The position numbers and the translations under genes are program-made. The notes beneath the pieces are model-generated. The model had not been told where the DNA came from. It ran no database searches and saw nothing but the letters and a program-made list of their open reading frames with translations. From Verrucomicrobiota bacterium (GTDB taxonomy: Bacteria > Verrucomicrobiota > Verrucomicrobiia > Palsa-1439), in assembly GCA_003152315.1 (NCBI GenBank), contig PLZV01000053.1, forward strand, positions 48,931 to 112,930: a DNA stretch of 64,000 nucleotides. The letters are read 5' to 3'. Of this stretch, positions 38,230 through 47,195 are shown piece after piece (within the stretch, counting starts at the first letter, position 1; each line of letters starts with the position of its first letter).

Positions 38230-38763
38230 ATGGCGAACATCGTTTACTTCGACCTGGAAACCCAGAAGAGCGCGGCAGAGGTCGGCGGCTGGGACAAGAA
38301 ACGCGATATGAAGATGTCCGTCGGTGTCACCTACAACACGGGCGATGGGCAGTATCGGATTTTTTCGGAGGATCAGGTCGCTGATTTGGTGAAGCAACTC
38401 ACCCGCGCGGATAAAGTGATCGGCTTCAACATCGTCAATTTCGATTACGAGGTTCTGCATGGTTACACCCCGCTCGACTTGCACGCGACACCGACACTCG
38501 ACCTGATGGTTGACCTCGAACAGAAACTCGGCCATCGGGTCTCGCTGGATGCGGTCGCCAAGTCGACACTCAACGCGCCAAAGATTGCCGACGGCTTGCA
38601 GGCGTTGAAGTGGTGGAAAGAGGGCCGGCTCATGGAGATCGCCGAGTATTGCTGTTTCGACGTAAAGATCACCAAGGAACTCCATGAATACGGCAAACAA
38701 TTCGGCGAAGTCTCGTTTGTTGACCGCGTGGGCCAAAAGCGCACCGTGAAGGTGAAGTGGTAA
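38230..38763 (+). CDS. RNase H-fold DEDD-type 3'-5' exonuclease-like protein
   Basis: The ATG at 38230 gives MANIVYFDLETQ (Exo I DxE), followed by GFNIVNFDYEVL (Exo II) and YCCFDVKIT (Exo III). It lies 2 nt after the previous stop. Confidence 0.6.
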   Translation: MANIVYFDLETQKSAAEVGGWDKKRDMKMSVGVTYNTGDGQYRIFSEDQVADLVKQLTRADKVIGFNIVNFDYEVLHGYTPLDLHATPTLDLMVDLEQKLGHRVSLDAVAKSTLNAPKIADGLQALKWWKEGRLMEIAEYCCFDVKITKELHEYGKQFGEVSFVDRVGQKRTVKVKW

Positions 38764-38770
38764 TGTTTCC

Positions 38771-39466
38771 TTGAACAAGTCACCCATGCGCCTTGTCCAA
38801 TCTCCCATGAAACAACGACTCCGAGCCTTCTGGCGTGAATGGATTCTACCCGCCCTCGTAGTGGTCGCTATTCTTGCGCCGTTGCGGTCGGCGGTGGCGG
38901 ATTGGAATGACGTGCCGAGTGGTTCGATGATGCCGACCATCCTCGTGGGCGACCGTATCTTTATCAACAAGCTCGCGTACGACCTCAAGGTTCCGTTCAC
39001 CACTCGGCAAGTGGCCAAGTGGGCTGACCCGCAGCGCGGGGATATCATCGTGTTTCCGTCCCCGGCGGATGGGATCCGGCTGGTGAAGCGCGTTGTCGCC
39101 GTGCCGGGCGACCGCATCGAACTGCGGGACAATCATCTGGTCATCAACGGCGAGACGGCGTCTTATGCGTTGGTTGACAGCAGCGTTCCGGCGGCGTTGG
39201 CTCTCAATGAAACCGTCTCGGGTAAGACGCATGCGCTGAGGATTCAGCCGCAGCTACGGGCGATGCGGTCGTTTGGACCGGTGGAAGTTCCGCCCGGACG
39301 TTACTTCGTGATGGGCGACAACCGCGACAACAGTTTCGATTCGCGCTATTTCGGGTTCGTGTCGCGCGACCGCATCCTGGGCCGCGCGACGCTGGTGGCG
39401 ATGTCGTTCGATCGCGATCATTACTACGAACCACGTTTCGACCGGTTTGGCCGCAGCCTGATGTGA
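38771..39466 (+). CDS. lepB: Signal peptidase I
   Basis: It has SGSMMPTILVGDRIFINK, VKRVVAVPGD and GDNRDNSFDSRYFGFV. The start could be 38771 (TTG), 38786 or 38807. Confidence 0.9.
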   Translation: MNKSPMRLVQSPMKQRLRAFWREWILPALVVVAILAPLRSAVADWNDVPSGSMMPTILVGDRIFINKLAYDLKVPFTTRQVAKWADPQRGDIIVFPSPADGIRLVKRVVAVPGDRIELRDNHLVINGETASYALVDSSVPAALALNETVSGKTHALRIQPQLRAMRSFGPVEVPPGRYFVMGDNRDNSFDSRYFGFVSRDRILGRATLVAMSFDRDHYYEPRFDRFGRSLM

Positions 39467-39517
39467 TCCACAAGGGCGCGGCGTGAGAAACATCGGTGGT
39501 GTCCTAATTTCCGAGTT

Positions 39518-39587
39518 GGAGGGACGCGCTCTGTCGCGTCCGCCGCCGTCAACGATCCCGGACGGCCACGACGGAGCGTGGCCCTCC
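39518..39587. repeat. Pair of REP-like palindromic units in inverted orientation
   Basis: GGAGGGACGCGCTCTGTCGCGTCC (39518..39541) and GACGGCCACGACGGAGCGTGGCCCTCC (39561..39587). The outer GGAGGG/CCCTCC allow one long hairpin. The second unit matches 10576..10602. Confidence 0.7.
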
Positions 39588-39655
39588 AAATCAAGACGCT
39601 GCCGAAACATCCGCGACGTTGCGGTGTTTCACTGAGTGCAGTAGCATTACGCGTG

Positions 39656-40240
39656 ATGACTCCCAGCGATTCCGACGTGGCGCTCATGTTGCGCGTACGC
39701 GACGGGGACGCGGATGCGTTTCGGGAATTGGTCGAGCGGCACCAGCGGGCCGTGATCAATACGATCCATCGCGCCATCGGCGACGCCTGGGAGGCGGAAG
39801 ATTTGGCGCAGCGCGTGTTTCTGCAGGTGTACCGCTCGGCAAAACGCTACCAGCCGACCGCGAAATTCACCACCTGGCTTTTCACCATCACCCGCAACAC
39901 GATTCTCAACGAGCACCGCCGCCGCAGTCGGCATGCCGCCGAATCGCTCGAGGCGCTGCAAGATCCGGCCGATCCGGAGAGCACTGGCTGGCAGGCGCCG
40001 GACACAACCTCGCCCGACCCTGCGCAGGAAGTCATCGAAAGCGAGTTGAAGAAGAAGATCATGGAAGCCGTCCAGGAACTGCCCGAGGCTCAGCGCACGG
40101 CGGTGATCCTGTGCCGGTACGAGGGCTTGTCTTATGAGGAGATTGCGCAGGTGCTGCGTTGCTCGGTTTCCGCTACGAAATCACTGCTGCACCGGGCGCG
40201 CCTGACGCTAAAAGAAAAGCTTCGCGGCTATTACCAGTGA
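39656..40240 (+). CDS. ECF-type RNA polymerase sigma factor
   Basis: The ATG at 39656 gives LMLRVRDGDADAFRELVERHQRAV, then region 2 (DLAQRVFLQVY...FTTWLFTITRN) and region 4 (LPEAQRTAVILCRYEGLSYEEIAQVL). Confidence 0.9.
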   Translation: MTPSDSDVALMLRVRDGDADAFRELVERHQRAVINTIHRAIGDAWEAEDLAQRVFLQVYRSAKRYQPTAKFTTWLFTITRNTILNEHRRRSRHAAESLEALQDPADPESTGWQAPDTTSPDPAQEVIESELKKKIMEAVQELPEAQRTAVILCRYEGLSYEEIAQVLRCSVSATKSLLHRARLTLKEKLRGYYQ

Positions 40241-40283
40241 AACCATTTGCGGCGCACGGTGTTTCAATTAACGGAAGAGAACC

Positions 40284-40721
40284 ATGAGTTGCCGGGCAAT
40301 CAGAGAACAGTTTGACGAGCGGTTGGATGGCCGTCTAGCCAGGTCGCAGGAGGCGGCTTTCGACGCGCACGTCGCGGCTTGTCCGGACTGCCGTCCCGAA
40401 TGGCGGGCCTACGCGGGCGCGTGGGAAATCATCGAACGCCAAGCGGGCATTGAACCGTCTTTCGGATTTGTCGAGCGCACATTGCGGCGATTGGACGAGC
40501 AGCCGACCGTGGGTCGTTCATGGTTCTGGCAACCCTCGGTGCGCTGGGTGACGCTCGCCGCGGCCGTCGTTGCGCTCAGTGTGGGCGGGTGGGCTGAGCG
40601 CGAGCGGAGGCAGGAGCGGAGGCAGGCCGAACTTTACGCGCATGTGCAGCAGGCGGACTACCTGGAGGACTTCGATGTGATCGCCAACCTCGACCAGATC
40701 GAGGGAGGCAATCATCTATGA
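40284..40721 (+). CDS. Zinc-binding (ZAS-type) anti-sigma factor with one TM helix
   Basis: It has the HVAACPDCRPEW motif and the TM segment WVTLAAAVVALSVGGW. It lies directly downstream of the ECF sigma gene. Confidence 0.75.
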   Translation: MSCRAIREQFDERLDGRLARSQEAAFDAHVAACPDCRPEWRAYAGAWEIIERQAGIEPSFGFVERTLRRLDEQPTVGRSWFWQPSVRWVTLAAAVVALSVGGWAERERRQERRQAELYAHVQQADYLEDFDVIANLDQIEGGNHL

Positions 40722-41251
40722 GGCGGAACTTTCTGCTGACGGTCCTGCTGATCGGCGCCGCGGTGGGAACAGCACTGGCGCAGCAACCGCCGCTGCCAGC
40801 GCCTCCGACGGCTGATTCGACCAACAAACCCAGGGCCAAATCGGCCATGACCGAGGAGCAGCGCGCCCAGCAGGAGCAGCGGCTGAACGAGCAGTGGACC
40901 AAGATGCCGATCGAAGCGAAGTCGCGATTGATGCGTCTGCATCGGGCGCTCTCCGAGATGCCGCCCGAGGAACGCAAATTCGTTCACGACCGCATCGAGC
41001 GTTTCCTGACCATGTCACCGGCGGAGCGTGAGAAGCTGAAACAGAACAAGCAAAAATGGGAGCAGATGACGTCCGAGGAACGGCAGAAGGCCCGCGAGGA
41101 TTTTCGCAAGCACAGACAGGAGTTTGAACAGCAATGGCGTCGCGAGCATCCCAGCGAAGACCCGACGCCAAACTCGGCAAACGAATCAAAAGCGCCGTCA
41201 TCACCAGAAGGGAATGGCGCGCCACCCCCGACCCCGTCGCCAGCGCCGTGA
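40718..41251 (+). CDS. Secreted DUF3106-like repeat protein
   Basis: It has a signal peptide and repeated units LSEMPPEERKFV, MSPAEREKLK and MTSEERQKARE. It overlaps the anti-sigma stop. Confidence 0.6.
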   Translation: MRRNFLLTVLLIGAAVGTALAQQPPLPAPPTADSTNKPRAKSAMTEEQRAQQEQRLNEQWTKMPIEAKSRLMRLHRALSEMPPEERKFVHDRIERFLTMSPAEREKLKQNKQKWEQMTSEERQKAREDFRKHRQEFEQQWRREHPSEDPTPNSANESKAPSSPEGNGAPPPTPSPAP

Positions 41252-41311
41252 CACTTCCTGAATTGCCAACGAATCTTTAACGAAATACCGAACAACCCAA
41301 AGGAGACTGAA

Positions 41312-41785
41312 ATGAAACGTGGAATGATAATCGCCTGTTTAATCGGCCTCGTGGCCGCCGTCGGTGCACGCGCTGCGGATGAACCTCCCGCCAATCCGAC
41401 GGGAGAGCGCCGGCCGACGCGTAGCGGCATGGATAATCTGTTGCCGCCACACGTACTGGAGAAACTCGCGCTAACGGCCGACCAAAAAACGAAGTACGAT
41501 GCTCTCGATGCGAGCTTCAAGAAGGACGTGGCAAAATGGCGGAGCACTCACAGTTCTGGCAGTGAAAGCAGCAGCAGCACTGGGTCTACAAATAGCGTGT
41601 CGTCCACCCACAAGGGCCCGAGAGAACTGCACAAAGGCTACATTGACCAGTTGCGTCCGTCCCTGACCAGCGACCAAACGGCCACGCTCGACAAAGCGCT
41701 TGAGAACATGCGCAATAATCGCGGTGGTCACAGTGGAACCAACTCGGCTGCGAAGCCGTCCACACCGCCAGCAGCGAATAACTAG
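41312..41785 (+). CDS. Periplasmic Spy/CpxP-like (LTXXQ motif) protein
   Basis: It has a signal peptide and two LTXXQ motifs, LTADQKTKYDAL and LTSDQTATLDKAL. Confidence 0.55.
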   Translation: MKRGMIIACLIGLVAAVGARAADEPPANPTGERRPTRSGMDNLLPPHVLEKLALTADQKTKYDALDASFKKDVAKWRSTHSSGSESSSSTGSTNSVSSTHKGPRELHKGYIDQLRPSLTSDQTATLDKALENMRNNRGGHSGTNSAAKPSTPPAANN

Positions 41786-41826
41786 GCATTGCGTCGTTGA
41801 CCACGCGCCGCGTGAGGCTGTTCGCC

Positions 41827-43089
41827 TTACGCGGCTTTTGTTTTGCGGAACCTGGCAACGAACGCCCCATCCATGCCGTCGCGTGGCGGGAAGATGGATT
41901 GGGTCGTTTCCAGCGCGAATTCCGGGTGCGACCTGCCGAATCGTTCGACGACGCGCTGGTTTTCTTCTTCTTCGAGGCTGCACGTGCTGTAAACCAGGAT
42001 CCCCTGCGGTTTGGTAAACGGCACAGCTGCAGTCAGCAGTTTCTCCTGCAATGTCGCGAGCTTGCGGATTTCACTTTCCTCGATGCGCCATCGCAGGTCG
42101 GCGCGACGGCGAAGCACGCCCGTGTTCGAGCATGGCGCATCCACCAACACGCGGTCGAATTGTTCGCCGCGGAGACAACGATCCAGGTGCGTTCCCTCAC
42201 AGGCCAGGGTCGCCACGATGGTCACGCCCAGGCGGCGGCAATTCTCTCCGACGAGCGCGAGCCGTGAGCTCGACAAATCAGCCGCGATGATGCGCCCGCG
42301 ATTCTGCATTTTCTGCGCGAGATACGTCGCCTTGCCACCCGGCGCGGCGCACATATCCAACACCGACTCGCCAGGCTGCGGGTCGAGCACGTCCACGGCA
42401 GCGAGCGTGGACGGATCCTGCACGTAGAACTCGCCGCTCGTAAATGATTTGCCCTGAAAAAGACCCGACATATTCACGACACGCCAGCAAAGGGGATGCG
42501 TTGTCGGTTCCGCATCGATATCGGCGGGTTTGATGGACGTCTTGAGCGTGTTGATCCGTATAAATGTGGGAGGAGGTTGGTTGTTCCATTTGCAAAGGGC
42601 TGCCGCCGATTCACGGCCCAACCGCGCCACCCACCGTTCCCACAGCCATTGCGGGTGCGAATAATAAATCCAGGGCGCAGACTCGCGGGTCGCATCGAGT
42701 CTTGCTTGGAGTGCGTCGTGCTCCCGTTCGGCTCGCCGCAGGATTGCATTGACGAATTTTGCCTCGCTGGTGTGAGCTTGCGTCTTGGCGAGCGCGACGG
42801 TCTCGTTGACGGCCGCATGCGCCGGTGTTTTGAGATAGAAGAGCTGATAGAGGCCGAGTTGGAGAATATTGGCGACAATGGGTTGTGGAGGAACATTGGC
42901 CAGTTGTGCGACCAAAAACTCGAGTGTCAGCTTTTGGCGCAAACAGCCGTAAAATAATTCGGTGACGAAAGCGCGGTCGGAGCCCTGGAGAGTGGACCCG
43001 TCCAACGCAATTTTGAGAAGATCGTCGGCCAACTGGTGCGATTTCTGCCAGTCGTTGAGCAAGGCCAGCGCGAGTTCCCGGGCGTTCAC
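41827..43089 (-). CDS. rsmB: 16S rRNA (cytosine967-C5)-methyltransferase
   Basis: 420 aa. It has a NusB-like N-terminus, the SAM motif DMCAAPGGKATYLA, and the catalytic DAPCSNTG and YSTCSL motifs. Confidence 0.85.
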   Translation of the reverse strand: MNARELALALLNDWQKSHQLADDLLKIALDGSTLQGSDRAFVTELFYGCLRQKLTLEFLVAQLANVPPQPIVANILQLGLYQLFYLKTPAHAAVNETVALAKTQAHTSEAKFVNAILRRAEREHDALQARLDATRESAPWIYYSHPQWLWERWVARLGRESAAALCKWNNQPPPTFIRINTLKTSIKPADIDAEPTTHPLCWRVVNMSGLFQGKSFTSGEFYVQDPSTLAAVDVLDPQPGESVLDMCAAPGGKATYLAQKMQNRGRIIAADLSSSRLALVGENCRRLGVTIVATLACEGTHLDRCLRGEQFDRVLVDAPCSNTGVLRRRADLRWRIEESEIRKLATLQEKLLTAAVPFTKPQGILVYSTCSLEEEENQRVVERFGRSHPEFALETTQSIFPPRDGMDGAFVARFRKTKAA

Positions 43090-43218
43090 GGGTCGAGGCT
43101 AGCCCCGAAGATAATTCGAGGCCAGCAGAAACGCGGCAGGCGCGGATTTAACGGCTGGCGAATTCGCAACAAGTTGGCTAGGATGCAGGGGCGGCGCAAA
43201 TGCCGCACTTTTGGTTTT

Positions 43219-44754
43219 ATGCAAACAACACACGACATCCTTGCCATTGTGGGCCGGCCAAACGTCGGGAAGAGCACGCTCTTCAACCGCATTGTGCGTC
43301 GCCGCATTGCCATCGTTCACGAAGAGCCGGGCGTGACGCGCGACCGTGTCAGCGCGGTGGCGACCTGGGATGGGAAGTCGTTTGAGGTCATCGACACGGG
43401 CGGAATCGGGTTCATGGATGATGAGAAGAGCGGGGACATTCTCGCGAGCGCGGCGCGGCATCAAGCCGAAATTGCCATCGAAATGGCCACTGCGATCATC
43501 ATGGTGGCGGATGTTACGGAAGGTGTGGTGCCGCTCGACCAGGAAATTGCCCGCAAGTTGCGATCGAGCGGCAAGCCGGTTTTCCTCGCGGTCAACAAGG
43601 TGGACAACGCCGGTCGCGCACGGAACGAAGCGGAATTCGCCGAGCTGGGTTTCGACAAGACGTTTTCCATTGCCGCCGTGCACGGCACCGGCGTGGAGGC
43701 TTTGGTGGATGCGGCCACGGAAGCGTTCTCGGCAAACGTGACCCCGGAAAGCGCGCGGACACCACGCATTGCGATTGTGGGCCGTCCGAACGTCGGCAAG
43801 TCATCATTGATCAACGCGATCCTGAAAGACGAACGCACGATTGTTAGCGATATTCCCGGCACGACGCGCGACTCCGTGGATGTGCCGTTCACGGTGAAGG
43901 GGAAACCGTATTTGCTTGTCGATACGGCCGGGTTGCGGCATCGGCGCAAGATCAAGTCGTCGGTGGATCAATTCGGCCTGATGCGGGCGGAGCGGAGCAT
44001 CCGCGAATGCGACGTCGCCGTGCTCGTGCTCGACGCGGTTGCGGGCGTGACGAACCAGGACAAGAAGATTGCGGGGCAGATTGCGGACGCCGCGCGCGGC
44101 TGCGTCGTGCTGGTGAACAAGTGGGACCTTGCGGCGGAAGAAGAGGAAAAAGACCATCGTTTGGAGTCGCAGGGCAAGAGGAGGAAGACGACCTTCCGCG
44201 AGAAATACCTGGAAGCGTTGCGAAAGGAATTGTTCTTCCTGGATTGGGCGCCGGTGTTGTTTGGGTCGGCGAAGACGGGGCAGAACCTGAACCAATTATT
44301 TGACCAGATCACCGTCATCGAGCAGGAGATGACGCGGCACGTGGATACGCCGCAACTGAACAAGTTGTTTATGCAAGCACTCGACGCGTATCCGCCGCCC
44401 CATGTTGGCGGGAAACGGTTTAAGGTCTATTACGCTTTCCAGAAGCCCACGCAGCCGCCAACGTTTCGGTTGTTCGTCAACAACGTGGGCGCTTTGACGC
44501 CGCACTACAAGCGGTTCCTGATCGATAAAATCCGGGCGGCCTACGCCTTCACCGGCTGTCCGATCCGGTTGGAATGCCGGGAGCGCGAACGGCGCGAGTT
44601 TGTGAGATCAGCGCCCCCCACAAAGCGCGTCTCGGAACGCTCAACGCGGCGTCCTGAGCAGAAAAAAACACACTACCCAACACAGCGCCCTGCGCAGGGC
44701 AACCCAAAGCGCTCAACGCAGCGTCATGCGCAAAGCAATCGGCGTCGTCGATAA
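43219..44754 (+). CDS. der: Ribosome-associated GTPase Der/EngA with a basic C-terminal tail
   Basis: The ATG at 43219 gives MQTTHDILAIVGRPNVGKSTLFNR. The second G-domain has IAIVGRPNVGKSSLINA. It then has a KH-like domain and a roughly 60-aa Arg/Lys/Gln-rich tail. Confidence 0.9.
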   Translation: MQTTHDILAIVGRPNVGKSTLFNRIVRRRIAIVHEEPGVTRDRVSAVATWDGKSFEVIDTGGIGFMDDEKSGDILASAARHQAEIAIEMATAIIMVADVTEGVVPLDQEIARKLRSSGKPVFLAVNKVDNAGRARNEAEFAELGFDKTFSIAAVHGTGVEALVDAATEAFSANVTPESARTPRIAIVGRPNVGKSSLINAILKDERTIVSDIPGTTRDSVDVPFTVKGKPYLLVDTAGLRHRRKIKSSVDQFGLMRAERSIRECDVAVLVLDAVAGVTNQDKKIAGQIADAARGCVVLVNKWDLAAEEEEKDHRLESQGKRRKTTFREKYLEALRKELFFLDWAPVLFGSAKTGQNLNQLFDQITVIEQEMTRHVDTPQLNKLFMQALDAYPPPHVGGKRFKVYYAFQKPTQPPTFRLFVNNVGALTPHYKRFLIDKIRAAYAFTGCPIRLECRERERREFVRSAPPTKRVSERSTRRPEQKKTHYPTQRPAQGNPKRSTQRHAQSNRRRR

Positions 44755-44790
44755 ACGAACACGCACGGCAGCCGCTGGGGCTCGAGGTGC

Positions 44791-45399
44791 TTGACGATTA
44801 TGCAAATACGAACTCTCGGCGTTTATTGCGGTTCAAGTCCGGGATTGCTTCCGGAATACAAGGAAACAGCCACGGCTTTCGGCGCGATGTTGGCGCGTGA
44901 GGGGATCACGCTGGTGTATGGGGGTGGGAATGTAGGGTTGATGGGGGCCCTGGCAGATGGAGTGCTGGAAGCCGGGGGCAAAGTCATCGGTGTCATCCCG
45001 CATGCGCTGATTGCGAAGGAAGTTGAACATCGCGGTGTCACGGAGTTCTATCCGGTCGACACCATGCACCAACGCAAACAGAAGATGGCGGACCTCGCGG
45101 ACGGGTTCGTGGCGTTGCCCGGCGGGATTGGGACGCTGGAAGAGATTTTCGAGATGTTGACCTGGAACCAACTGCGTATTCACGGAAAACCGTGCGCCTT
45201 TTTGAATGTCGCGGGCTACTACGATACTTTACTTCATTTCCTCGAACATATGGTGCAGCAGCGGTTCCTCAAACAGGCGCAATTGGATGGGCTTATTGTC
45301 GATTCCGATCAGGTGTCGCTCCTGACGAGAATCCGTGCGTACGCCCCGGTAAAGACGGATAAATGGATCGATAGAAAGGCGACCGGACAGACGCCGTAG
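44791..45399 (+). CDS. LOG-family (TIGR00730) nucleotide 5'-monophosphate nucleosidase
   Basis: It has GVYCGSS, LVYGGGNVGLMGALADG and PGGIGTLEE. The ATG at 44800 is the probable start. Confidence 0.85.
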   Translation: MTIMQIRTLGVYCGSSPGLLPEYKETATAFGAMLAREGITLVYGGGNVGLMGALADGVLEAGGKVIGVIPHALIAKEVEHRGVTEFYPVDTMHQRKQKMADLADGFVALPGGIGTLEEIFEMLTWNQLRIHGKPCAFLNVAGYYDTLLHFLEHMVQQRFLKQAQLDGLIVDSDQVSLLTRIRAYAPVKTDKWIDRKATGQTP

Positions 45400-45408
45400 A
45401 ATTGGCGG

Positions 45409-45918
45409 GTGAGTATGGTTACAGTCCGGCAATACATCAACCCGAGCGAGGCGGAGTTGGACAAGACTTTGCTCGAGGAAGCGGGGATTCCCGTCTTCCT
45501 GGCCGATGAGAACAGCATGTCAGTTGGTTATGGAGGCGTGCTCGGCGGGGTGCGGCTCCAAGTGGAAGATGCCGATCTGGAACGGGCGCGCCGCGTGTTG
45601 GACGAACGGGAAGGTGTGACGCCACTTACCGACGATTTCATTCCGCCAGAAGAGCCGCCGGTCATTGAGCCACCTGCTGCGCCTGTACCAACTCCCGAGA
45701 CCAAGGAGGAATGGATCGACACCTTTTTTTCGGGCGGCGTTGTGCTACTGGCGGCCTTCGCCATCATTGCGCTGGTGTTTCTCGTGATGGGTGGCTTCGT
45801 CTTTATTACGCTTGGCTCTCTGGCGATCCTGTTCCTGGCCGGTGGACTGGTGGCTCTGGTGGTGCGCTTTATTTTCCCCAAGGGCGGGAATGATGCGGGG
45901 AGGGATTCCAAGCGGTAG
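45409..45918 (+). CDS. DUF2007-domain protein with C-terminal TM helices
   Basis: The N-terminus is NPSEAELDKTLLEEAGIPVFLADEN...LQVEDADLERARRVL. Two hydrophobic helices follow. Confidence 0.6.
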   Translation: MSMVTVRQYINPSEAELDKTLLEEAGIPVFLADENSMSVGYGGVLGGVRLQVEDADLERARRVLDEREGVTPLTDDFIPPEEPPVIEPPAAPVPTPETKEEWIDTFFSGGVVLLAAFAIIALVFLVMGGFVFITLGSLAILFLAGGLVALVVRFIFPKGGNDAGRDSKR

Positions 45919-45973
45919 GAGTCAGTGGCCACGCCTGAGAGCGGCCCTCCATGAGAGTGGATTTCGAGGAGCT

Positions 45974-46168
45974 ATGGAAAAGCCCTATGGCATCTGGTCA
46001 ACGGGGAAGGGGTTTCTGGTTGGCTTGGGGGGGTTGATTGTCGGCGTCATCGTTGGCGGCTGTCTGGCAATTCACTGGAACGAAAGCCATCCGCGGGTTG
46101 CCTTTGTCATCTTCGCAATTGTGACCGTGAGTTGCATGCTGCCCTCGTTCTTTGTGGGCCGGAAATGA
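45974..46168 (+). CDS. Small two-TM membrane protein (hypothetical)
   Basis: 64 aa: MEKPYGIWSTGKGFLVGLGGLIVGVIVGGCLAI...FVIFAIVTVSCMLPSFFV. Its stop overlaps the next ATG (ATGA). Confidence 0.35.
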   Translation: MEKPYGIWSTGKGFLVGLGGLIVGVIVGGCLAIHWNESHPRVAFVIFAIVTVSCMLPSFFVGRK

Positions 46169-46863
46169 ATGCACTAGAAAATCACGATCCTCGATCTTTC
46201 GATCATCTTGCGGAGGAATACGATTTTGTGGCTTCCCTCGTACGGAAGCCCGATTTTTTTCTCAGCCATCTACCGCAGCGTCGTCACCGAGTTCTGGATG
46301 TTGGTTGCGGGACCGGCGTCCTCGCTTCCGAACTCTCACGGCACTTTGAATCGGTCGTCGGTATCGACATTTCCGAGCCAATGCTGGCCATCGCCCGGAG
46401 GAAGAGGGCTGCAGCCAACATCGAGTATCGGCGGGCAGACGCGAATGAGCTTGTTCTGGGGCAGAAGTTCGACGCGATTGTCAGCCATACTGCATTTCAT
46501 CATTTGGAGAATGTGCCCCGGACTTTGGGAGTGCTGAAAGCGACGCTCGAGCCGGGTGGTCGTTTGATTCTCATCGATAATGTCGCCGGCAAATTCGCCT
46601 TTGCCCGCCACCCGTTTCTGTACGTGGTGTTTTCCTGTCTGCGGCTTCCGTTGGACATATGGCGATTTAGCCTGCGTCCGGCTTGGCGGTTTTTCCGATT
46701 CTGCGTGTCGCCCTCATGGATTGCACACGTGACGACGGACCGGTACCTATCGGCAGACGGCTTTCATGAAGTATATGGGCAGCTTTTGCCCGGCGCGTCG
46801 TTTACTCGATTGAAGTATTTCATGGGCGTCGTGTGGCAGGCTCCCGGCGCTGATGTGATTTGA
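46165..46863 (+). CDS. Class I SAM-dependent methyltransferase
   Basis: The ATG at 46165 gives an ORF with motif I VLDVGCGTGVLA and post-I/II motifs GIDISEPML and LEPGGRLILID. Confidence 0.8.
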   Translation: MNALENHDPRSFDHLAEEYDFVASLVRKPDFFLSHLPQRRHRVLDVGCGTGVLASELSRHFESVVGIDISEPMLAIARRKRAAANIEYRRADANELVLGQKFDAIVSHTAFHHLENVPRTLGVLKATLEPGGRLILIDNVAGKFAFARHPFLYVVFSCLRLPLDIWRFSLRPAWRFFRFCVSPSWIAHVTTDRYLSADGFHEVYGQLLPGASFTRLKYFMGVVWQAPGADVI

Positions 46864-46992
46864 AACTGCGCACTAATCGGTAATTAATATTTTTTGCTGG
46901 ACGCGATGCTTCGAAGGGGGTATGATAGGCACCGTTCTTTGATACGGGGAACGCGCCGCCGCCAGGGCCATGGCGGGGAAGGAGAGAGTCGA

Positions 46993-47110
46993 AAAAACAT
47001 GTATTCTGCGAAACGAACCGGATTGGTTTTTTTGAAAATGCGCAGGTATCTAATTGAACACAAGTTGGTTAGAACTTTCTGATCCAAATTTTCAATCCGG
47101 TTCGTTTGGA
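46993..47110. repeat. Conserved hairpin element, copy B. Its partner is at 10363..10480.
   Basis: It begins AAAAACATGTATTCTGCGAAACGAACCGGATTGGTTTTTTTGAAAATGC. The arms AAACGAACCGGATTG (47011..47025) and CAATCCGGTTCGTTT (47093..47107) pair across a 67-nt loop. Confidence 0.6.
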
Positions 47111-47195
47111 ATGAAAGTGCCGACCCTGACATAGTATTTTCGCTTGCGAGGTTGGGTGTGATTGCGATTATGGTGTTGGCGGGTGATTCAATCCA

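Noticed and set aside
37606-39132. 508-aa minus-strand ORF.
   Set aside because: It is antisense to three well-supported plus-strand genes (the dehydrogenase, the exonuclease-like gene and lepB). Its sequence is low complexity.
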